Positions 20,356 through 26,541 of a stretch of DNA of 60,065 bases are shown here, piece by piece. A program made the translations under genes and the position numbers. The stretch is taken from positions 1 to 60,065 of IMG/VR virus record IMGVR_UViG_3300025120_000052; one strand, given 5' to 3'. Position 1 is the first letter of the stretch, and the number at the start of each line of letters is the position of its first letter. Origin of the DNA: a virus (lineage: Duplodnaviria > Caudoviricetes). The notes under the pieces are model-generated. The model was not told the DNA's origin. It searched no databases and saw nothing but the letters and a program-made list of their open reading frames with translations.

Positions 20356-21522
20356 TCAAGAGATTTTTTGCTTGACCTCAGTGAGCCTTGCTCGTGTGAT
20401 GCGTTCAGCCTTGATTGCATCATCAACTTGAAGTGCAAGTTCTCGCACCTTGTCCTTGGCTTCGGCCAACCTCTTACTCACACCCTGAAGAGAGTTGTGT
20501 TGTGTTTTGTGGTCGTGATGAGCATTAGCAAACTCCTGTGCTAAATGGTATGGTAACGGACGTGGGCTGATGACCTGTTGAGTTTGAACTATCTCAAGCC
20601 CATGTTGGCCAAGCATATTGTGGTCATGGTTCTCGATTCGTAACGCTGTGTATTGCGGTGATTCATACACGTCATACAAATGTGGTTCGATTGGGTTTGT
20701 CATAGCGTTAATCGCATAGAAGTGAACGACCGATGCGGGGATGTTGTAACACTGATGAGATTGCTTCCAACGCTCTTCGTACTCTCCACCTTGACGTTGC
20801 TCTAGGGTCAGCTTCTCTCGACAGGTGGTGAGCCTTGCTTGCAGTTCTTCTTTCATCTCAAACCTCGCATCCACTAAAGTGTCGAAGATTGCCATGAAAC
20901 ATCCATGCCCCTTGCGAGTGGCATCAGGTGCGTATAAACCCCAACCTCCTGTGTCGTTCTTCTCTATCCGAAGTCCGCGTAAGAAATTGGTTGGAACTGC
21001 GTGGCTCTCTGCGATTGAGACCTTCAGTTCGCGCATCAATTCAGAGTCAGGCATAATCAATAAACTCTTGTCTTCTGCTTTGCCAAAGAACTGTGAACGC
21101 TTGAATGATTTTCGGGTAGCATCTATCTGCCGAGAAACTAAGCTAAGGCTTCGGTTTACGCACTGCCTTAGTCTGTTTTCATAAGTCTTCAAAGCCTCTA
21201 ACTTCTCTTGCTGTTCAGGGTCGTCGCTGTACGTATAAAAGATTGCACGCTCATCGTCTTCCTTGCCCATCTCTTCCTGCAGTTTCACTCGCATCTCGTG
21301 AAAGGGTAAGGTTGCTACGCTTGCCACTTTGCTTGCAAGCAGGGCCGCTGTCTCTTCGTTGCTGATGAGACCAAACTCACCACCCCATTGTTTGAGTGGT
21401 CTGTGTGTGTTTCCATACTTTGCGATGAGGTATTGCTCAAGCTGTTCGCTTGGGCTTCCAAGTTCATATCCTCCTCTATGACTGAGGCTTGGAAAGTGAT
21501 TCTTAACTAGTTCGATGTTCAT
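20356..21522 (-). CDS. Hypothetical early protein (coiled-coil rich)
   Basis: 388-aa ORF; no motif recognised. Confidence 0.8.
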   Translation of the reverse strand: MNIELVKNHFPSLSHRGGYELGSPSEQLEQYLIAKYGNTHRPLKQWGGEFGLISNEETAALLASKVASVATLPFHEMRVKLQEEMGKEDDERAIFYTYSDDPEQQEKLEALKTYENRLRQCVNRSLSLVSRQIDATRKSFKRSQFFGKAEDKSLLIMPDSELMRELKVSIAESHAVPTNFLRGLRIEKNDTGGWGLYAPDATRKGHGCFMAIFDTLVDARFEMKEELQARLTTCREKLTLEQRQGGEYEERWKQSHQCYNIPASVVHFYAINAMTNPIEPHLYDVYESPQYTALRIENHDHNMLGQHGLEIVQTQQVISPRPLPYHLAQEFANAHHDHKTQHNSLQGVSKRLAEAKDKVRELALQVDDAIKAERITRARLTEVKQKIS

Positions 21523-21671
21523 GATTCTATGATTTTTGAATTGAGATTATCGTGTATGATTCCGTGCTCTGCTGATACAACCCACAGCTTAGCTGTTTCA
21601 ATACACTTCGTGTGTAACGTTTCGTTGGGTTGTTCTCCCCCGTGGTATAGGTGAACCGTGTATCTGCTCAT
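21519..21671 (-). CDS. Small hypothetical protein (50 aa, MSRYTVHLYH...)
   Basis: Hand-translated; ATGA overlaps at both ends. Confidence 0.65.
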   Translation of the reverse strand: MSRYTVHLYHGGEQPNETLHTKCIETAKLWVVSAEHGIIHDNLNSKIIES

Positions 21672-21952
21672 GATTGTGAGACTAAGTCGGTGCTGAAGTC
21701 CTTTGAGCCGATAGTGTATCCGCCCATCGCATCGTGCAGTAGCACTGCTTTAGGTTCGATGCCGACCTGCTTGAGGTGAGCGAGTGCTTGACGAAGGATG
21801 TCACCAATCTCGTAGTCATACGAGAGGAAGACTCGCTTGTTGTTTCGCATATCCTTGACGCGAACACGCGCACCTCTGTGGTTTGTGGGGCCGAAGAACT
21901 CTACGTGAAAGGCACGCAGTCTGTCGTACTCCATTGATTCCATGATAGTCAT
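21668..21952 (-). CDS. Hypothetical early protein
   Basis: F.GPTN.RGARV.V.D motif seen in phage early proteins; start reassigned. Confidence 0.65.
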   Translation of the reverse strand: MTIMESMEYDRLRAFHVEFFGPTNHRGARVRVKDMRNNKRVFLSYDYEIGDILRQALAHLKQVGIEPKAVLLHDAMGGYTIGSKDFSTDLVSQS

Positions 21953-21959
21953 GATGAAT

Positions 21960-22076
21960 TTATTTTGATTCGAGTAAAGCGAGTTGATAGTCCATCTCAC
22001 CTACCACTGCCCAAAGGGCAATGAATAGGATGAATCCGATGGTGATTTTGATGGCCTGCTTGGTATCTGTGCTCAT
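21960..22076 (-). CDS. Small single-TM protein (38 aa)
   Basis: MSTDTKQAIKITIGFILFIALWAVVGEMDY. Confidence 0.6.
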   Translation of the reverse strand: MSTDTKQAIKITIGFILFIALWAVVGEMDYQLALLESK

Positions 22077-22080
22077 GGCC

Positions 22081-22263
22081 TTACGAGTTGTGAGAGTTTG
22101 AACTCTCGTTTTCACTTGCCCTCCGCTTGAAGTAGGCAAGCGATTCACTACAGCGTTCTTCGCTGTAGCGTGCGCTATCTCCGAGGATAAGAGCGCGGCC
22201 AAGTTGTTCAGTCCAAAAGGTAATCTTGCCTGCGTAGTTGTCGTTGATTCTGTTACGTCGCAT
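22081..22263 (-). CDS. Small hypothetical protein (60 aa, MRRNRIND...)
   Basis: ATG downstream of the promoter at 22310-22341. Confidence 0.6.
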   Translation of the reverse strand: MRRNRINDNYAGKITFWTEQLGRALILGDSARYSEERCSESLAYFKRRASENESSNSHNS

Positions 22264-22309
22264 GAGAGAGAGTGTTGTGGTCAGAGCGACATTGCCCCTT
22301 CCGTTTGTG

Positions 22310-22341
22310 TAAAGATAGTACAATACTTGTCTAATTCCAAA
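22310..22341 (-). promoter_or_regulatory. Bacteroidota-type early promoter
   Basis: TTTG-N20-TATCTTTA; very similar to the 20317-20348 promoter. Confidence 0.7.
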
Positions 22342-22374
22342 TGTAATGTACAAAAAGTTATTAACAATCGTTTG

Positions 22375-22521
22375 TTAATCGTTGATGAATAGTTCATCCA
22401 AGTTGTAACCCTTCGTCCGCTTGATGTAAGCGATGAAGTTGTCGATGTGCCTGCGGTCTTTGAACTCGCGAGTAACATACCAAGAGCGTCCGCCTGTGTA
22501 GAATGAGATTGTAGCTTTCAT
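22375..22521 (-). CDS. Small hypothetical protein (48 aa, MKATISFYTGG...)
   Basis: Hand-translated; A-rich leader. Confidence 0.65.
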   Translation of the reverse strand: MKATISFYTGGRSWYVTREFKDRRHIDNFIAYIKRTKGYNLDELFIND

Positions 22522-22531
22522 GTTGATTGAT

Positions 22532-22615
22532 TTAGGATACGAGATAGGTTAAGACGAGCAATGTGGTAGTGGCGATACGGAAAACCCACTTGACTTGTGA
22601 TTCGATATTGTTCAT
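22532..22615 (-). CDS. Tiny hydrophobic peptide (27 aa, MNNIESQVKW...)
   Basis: Fills the gap downstream of the ribozyme; start uncertain. Confidence 0.4.
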   Translation of the reverse strand: MNNIESQVKWVFRIATTTLLVLTYLVS

Positions 22616-22653
22616 GACGTTTCGATGGTAGGCCATCACCCGTTTGTTGGTTT

Positions 22654-22707
22654 GCTGTTTCGACTCTTTTGAGTCATCATCAGGAGCGATACACATCGCC
22701 CGACAGC
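22654..22707 (-). ncRNA. Type III hammerhead ribozyme (HHR-B)
   Basis: Minus strand GCUGUC^GGGCGAU-GUGU-AUCGCUC-CUGAUGA-U-GACUC-AAAA-GAGUC-GAA-ACAGC: three stems, core and GUC triplet, with one extra U after A9. Confidence 0.85.
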
Positions 22708-22740
22708 GGGACGAGAGTTTGAACTCTCGCCCCATCCCAC

Positions 22741-23757
22741 TCACCAACGAGGAAGGGAGACTCGCCCGTAGTGCTGTGGGTCTCGGCTCGCGGCCTCAGT
22801 CACCTCAGCCATCCTCCGTCGAGCACATCGTGTGTGCGCGTCAGGGAAGAGGTTGCCGTGGCGGTCAATCCAAGGCATCACCTCAGCGTTGACCTTGCCC
22901 GTTGCGATGAACTTGTCGAAGGACTTGCTCAACTCAATCACCATCGATGCCTTGTTCGTATCAGGCTCGTACATGGCGTTGATGATTGGAGTGAAGCGTC
23001 TGCGAACTTGAGCAGGAGTCTGACCTTTGACTGCTCCGTCAACCAAAACGTACATCAGGTCGTAGCGTAATCGCATCTGACGAACTGAAGTGATGCGAGA
23101 TGGGATGCGGAACTCAACTGCGTTGTCCATCACCTTCGCTACGCTGTACTTGCCTCCCCAACCTGAGCGTCCTGCTCGGCCAAACATCTCACCACGTTGC
23201 TCGTAAGGAAGCATCGTGATGTTGTTGCCTACGTAGTGATTGCTGATGCGGCCTCGGAACAAGGCTAGGATGATTCCGCAGTGGTTGCGCATCGCGGCCA
23301 TCAATTCCTGTCCGCTCATGCCTTCAACCGAGATTGTCATGTGGCCTCCACAGCTTGAGTTGCTTGGGCTGTAGCTGTCATCAATCACGCGCTCGGCTTG
23401 GTGCATCATGTCGTACACCTTGGTGCGCCATGCACACGCAGGTAGCAAAGGCAAGATGTTGGTAACGGCCTCGTAGCCACATGACGAGTCTCGCTCGAAT
23501 CCGCAGAACAACGGATACTCACGAACTGCGCCACGAGCGATTCGAGTCTTCTCAACTTCGAACCCGATGCCGTACTTAGCACCGACTGATGTTGCTGTTT
23601 GCATTTCGAGCGCATTTCGGTCAAGCGGATTGAGACCGATTGCGTCTGTGAGAGATGCTCCCTTGCGGAAATCACGGAAAGCAGGCTTGCTGTGGTATCC
23701 GCTCATTTCGCCCCTTCGAGGAACGTTGTCGTTGGTGTACTGAACTCCTTGTATCAT
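22741..23757 (-). CDS. Putative amidoligase (COOH-NH2 ligase, glutamine-synthetase-like fold)
   Basis: IGFEVE, DSS..YE..T, SCGGHM.IS, KY...., VEFR motifs. Confidence 0.75.
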   Translation of the reverse strand: MIQGVQYTNDNVPRRGEMSGYHSKPAFRDFRKGASLTDAIGLNPLDRNALEMQTATSVGAKYGIGFEVEKTRIARGAVREYPLFCGFERDSSCGYEAVTNILPLLPACAWRTKVYDMMHQAERVIDDSYSPSNSSCGGHMTISVEGMSGQELMAAMRNHCGIILALFRGRISNHYVGNNITMLPYEQRGEMFGRAGRSGWGGKYSVAKVMDNAVEFRIPSRITSVRQMRLRYDLMYVLVDGAVKGQTPAQVRRRFTPIINAMYEPDTNKASMVIELSKSFDKFIATGKVNAEVMPWIDRHGNLFPDAHTRCARRRMAEVTEAASRDPQHYGRVSLPRW

Positions 23758-23780
23758 GACCTTGTGTTTTAGTCAGGTTT

Positions 23781-23831
23781 GCTGTTTCGTCCTTTTGGAC
23801 TCGTCAGGCAGAGCACTCACTCTGCGACAGC
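23781..23831 (-). ncRNA. Type III hammerhead ribozyme (HHR-A)
   Basis: Minus strand GCUGUC^GCAGAG-UGAGUG-CUCUGC-CUGACGA-GUCC-AAAA-GGAC-GAA-ACAGC: canonical CUGANGA/GAAA core, perfect stems. Confidence 0.92.
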
Positions 23832-23867
23832 GGAAGTGAGAGTTTGAACTCTCACTCCCTTTGTGCC

Positions 23868-24542
23868 TCAGGAGACAAATGCCGCAACTCTCAACTCAAT
23901 GCCTGCGAACGCAGCAAACGCAATGATTGATTCGGCTAGTTCCTCACGGCTGTTGGTCGTATCAACAACTCCGTTCACATCGCAGTTGGCTACGATGTTT
24001 CCGCTCACGGGATGCTTAAAGCGGAACTGACCAAGGTTCGCTGATGCCGTTGGTGTAGCTTCAACCTCAGCCTCTTCGATGGCCTCTTCTATCTCCGCTC
24101 CTGTCTCCTCAACTTCGTCAAGCAAAGCGCGCGACCATTTGTCGAAATGCTGAATGGAACGTGGTGCTTTCTCACCTGCTCCTGCCAACCTAGTCTGCTC
24201 TCGCTTGTACTTGGTGAGCAGTGTTGGATGCTCGTCGATGCGAGTCTGAACTCGGACTAGCAGGTCAGGAGTTGTTCGTGCTCCGTAGCGCAATGCCTTC
24301 TGAACGAACTCGGTCTTGTTCCATGCACTTCCCAAGGCTTCCTCCATCTCAGCCTTGGCGGAGTCTGATGCGAACCAAGCGTATGCGGCTTGAAGATGCT
24401 TGGCCTGTTTGAGGCTTGCTTCGAATGCGGCCTTGCGGCTGTCGGTCTCAGCATCCTGTGCGCTGTGGAGTTGAGAGATGCTTCCTGATTCGAAGCGGAT
24501 TGAAGCGATAAACGCTGTCTCGATTTGCAGTAAATTTTGCAT
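23868..24542 (-). CDS. First early gene, hypothetical protein
   Basis: 224-aa ORF just after the divergent non-coding region. Confidence 0.8.
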   Translation of the reverse strand: MQNLLQIETAFIASIRFESGSISQLHSAQDAETDSRKAAFEASLKQAKHLQAAYAWFASDSAKAEMEEALGSAWNKTEFVQKALRYGARTTPDLLVRVQTRIDEHPTLLTKYKREQTRLAGAGEKAPRSIQHFDKWSRALLDEVEETGAEIEEAIEEAEVEATPTASANLGQFRFKHPVSGNIVANCDVNGVVDTTNSREELAESIIAFAAFAGIELRVAAFVS

Positions 24543-24602
24543 AACTTGTTGATTTTGAGCACTTTAGCTCGGTAATTGGCCTTCATTAGTTCGGGCCGTG
24601 GT

Positions 24603-24633
24603 GCAATATACGTCTAAATTCTGTCTATTCAAT
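24603..24633 (-). promoter_or_regulatory. Putative early promoter
   Basis: ATTG-N19-TATATTGC; shares an AGACA element with the other two early promoters. Confidence 0.5.
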
Positions 24634-24639
24634 GGTCAG

Positions 24640-25060
24640 AGCACAACTTTCTTTTGCATCCGTCTTCGCTACCTGCGCTCAGCACAGCACGACAGCGATG
24701 GACAGCGAACTGCTCACTGCGGATTGTTAGTCATGCAGGCAGGCAGGCAGATGCTAAGGGAAGGCTCTGCTTCCCTGTGAGAGTTCAAACTCTCTCCGCT
24801 AGGCTAGGCGGAGCAAGGGATGCAGGGAGAGCGCAACCTGAGAGCGCAACCGAACGTCCGACAGACGGACAGCCTACAGCCCTACGTGGACAGGCGATGC
24901 AGGCGGACAGGCCGTCAGGAAAATCGCCAAAAAATCTGCGATGCGGATTTGGGAATGGCAATCGGCTCGAAAAAAAAAATCGGTTTGGTGAGGGGGGTGG
25001 CATGCGCGCGACGGGGGGGAGCCTAAATACTACACACATCTAAAGAAAAATATATGCCTT
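24640..25060. other. Divergent non-coding control region, possible physical genome end or packaging region
   Basis: GC-rich, short repeats, A10 and G6-7 tracts, no credible CDS, strand switch point. Confidence 0.5.
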
Positions 25061-25090
25061 ACCTTAGCGGTGTACTAAAACAGAAACGTT

Positions 25091-25264
25091 ATGGATGGAC
25101 TTACAATTAAAGATGGTCGCTTAATAAACAACCGACCTGATGGGGAAACAGGGATTGCAATGGCCGCCCGTTTGCGCAGGAATGTTAAGCGTATGGAAAA
25201 GATTTCAATGATTGCCGATGGCATTGAAGCAGCAGAAATGCGAAAAGGAATTAGGTTGATGTAG
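25091..25264 (+). CDS. Small hypothetical protein (57 aa, MDGLTIKDGRL...)
   Basis: Hand-translated; TACCTTAG promoter-like motif at ~25060; hairpin downstream. Confidence 0.65.
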   Translation: MDGLTIKDGRLINNRPDGETGIAMAARLRRNVKRMEKISMIADGIEAAEMRKGIRLM

Positions 25265-25289
25265 TGTCCATGCATTGATTGATTGAGAG

Positions 25290-25328
25290 AGGAAGGGGTA
25301 GCTAACAACCATAGTCTACCCCTTTCTT
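25290..25328 (+). terminator. Putative terminator hairpin
   Basis: AAGGGGTAG...CTACCCCTT followed by TCTT. Confidence 0.45.
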
Positions 25329-25337
25329 ATGCTCTCT

Positions 25338-25503
25338 TGTGTCGTCCTGATGTCGGTTTTGTGTCGTTCTAAAATTTGTAACTAATTGATTCTCAGTCTT
25401 CATGTCGATAATGCTTATTTTTAAATCACGTATGTATTCTTTTTTAAAAAGAATACTCTCTCTCTCTCTCTCTATATGCAGCTTTAGTTTTTGTCATTCG
25501 ACA
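25338..25503. other. Putative replication-origin-like element B
   Basis: Same motifs and spacing as element A (TAACTAATTGATT, TGTCGATAATG, CATTCGACA). Confidence 0.55.
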
Positions 25504-26508
25504 AATGCACAGGAGATATGCGCTACCGCGTACGATTCCATTGTGTACGAGTTCCCATCTTCGTTTGTTTCTCCTGAGTGGCTCGACATTCCTGTCGTAG
25601 TTCATGTATGTTACTCTGACAGTTTGGGCGGATGGTTTAGCGAGGAGTATGTTGAGGAGGCTATTGCTTCTTTGAACGCTGACATGGAGGAGGCTATGAT
25701 TTCCGTTACTCTAGTTCACGTAGGATACCAAGACTTGGAAGTGTATGGTTGGTACGATGCTTACGCATCAGGTGGTTCGTTTTGTTTTCCTTCTTATGGA
25801 ACTCAGAACAGTATTTTAGCTGTTGACCAATGGATGCCTAATTACGACCCTGACCATTTCTGCAACATCTATGTGATACCCAAGATGTGTGGCGGCATAT
25901 TAGGTTGGTCGTATGTAACGGTATCAGAAACCAATAGTCGAGACGGCATATGGTTACGTTCAGACATATTCGGATTTGACAGTACTCATCCTCGCAACAA
26001 CGAGAACAAAGTATTGACTCATGAGATGGGTCACTACTGCGGGTTGCATCATGTGTTTCAATCGGTAAGCAACTGTGGTAATGGCAACGGGATACCATGC
26101 CATGCCTATGGTGACTTTGTGTGTGACACCCCTCCTACTAAATTGCAATGGGAGTGCGACCCACCGATGTGTCCTGAGGCTTTGTATAACTATACGGCTG
26201 ACAACCACATGGACTACTATCCTGATTCATGTCGTCAACACTTTACTCCGGGACAGATAGAGCGCATGCACAATATGCTTGCTTACAACCGAGGAGGTTT
26301 ATTTGGTGGGTTGCCTATTTGTTTCTGCGATGTAAACGGTGACTATGTGGTTGGGCTTGTAGACTTATTGTCAGTTCTAAGTTGTTGGGGTCAGACGGAT
26401 TGTCCGGATGGAGACTTCAACTATAGCGGCACAGTGGACATATATGACTTAACGTACTTCTTATCTAGGTATGGCACAATTTGTGAAGGTCATTCCTTGT
26501 GGCAATAA
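25432..26508 (+). CDS. Secreted M43 (pappalysin/ulilysin-like) zinc metalloprotease with C-terminal dockerin/EF-hand-like repeats
   Basis: Signal-peptide-like N-terminus, C-switch ICAT, IPVVVHV, HEMGHYCGLHH, D.V.DTP, NHMDY Met-turn, DVNGD..V...DL / GDFN.SG.VD..DL. Confidence 0.85.
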   Translation: MYSFLKRILSLSLSICSFSFCHSTNAQEICATAYDSIVYEFPSSFVSPEWLDIPVVVHVCYSDSLGGWFSEEYVEEAIASLNADMEEAMISVTLVHVGYQDLEVYGWYDAYASGGSFCFPSYGTQNSILAVDQWMPNYDPDHFCNIYVIPKMCGGILGWSYVTVSETNSRDGIWLRSDIFGFDSTHPRNNENKVLTHEMGHYCGLHHVFQSVSNCGNGNGIPCHAYGDFVCDTPPTKLQWECDPPMCPEALYNYTADNHMDYYPDSCRQHFTPGQIERMHNMLAYNRGGLFGGLPICFCDVNGDYVVGLVDLLSVLSCWGQTDCPDGDFNYSGTVDIYDLTYFLSRYGTICEGHSLWQ

Positions 26509-26512
26509 GTCG

Positions 26513-26520
26513 TACCTTTG
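26513..26520 (+). promoter_or_regulatory. TAnnTTTG -7 promoter element (also at 30228, 32024, 36913, 43507, 47485, 48149, 56339)
   Basis: Exact Bacteroidota -7 consensus recurring just upstream of gene starts in the plus arm. Confidence 0.7.
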
Positions 26521-26541
26521 TAACCAATCAAATCTAATTCA

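Noticed and set aside
22616-22747. N-terminal extension of ORF 22532-22747 through the ribozyme
   Set aside because: It overlaps the hammerhead and palindrome; a downstream ATG is more plausible.
23832-23859. tRNA gene suggested by the GTTCAAA T-loop-like sequence
   Set aside because: No acceptor, D or anticodon arms around any copy.
24542-24554. Third IHF-like site TAACTTGTTGATT
   Set aside because: It coincides with the A-rich translation start of the first early gene and lacks the TGTCG motifs; it may be incidental.
24660-24720. Third hammerhead (two GCTGTC on the minus strand)
   Set aside because: No CUGANGA core and no pairing stems I/II follow.
17753-24794. Palindrome copies as a CRISPR array or integron attC sites
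   Set aside because: Spacing is irregular (hundreds to thousands of bp), copies lie inside genes, the unit is too short, and no cas or integrase gene is present.
24598-25043. Several overlapping ORFs in the divergence region
   Set aside because: Low-complexity translations of GC-rich repetitive DNA, with no plausible starts.
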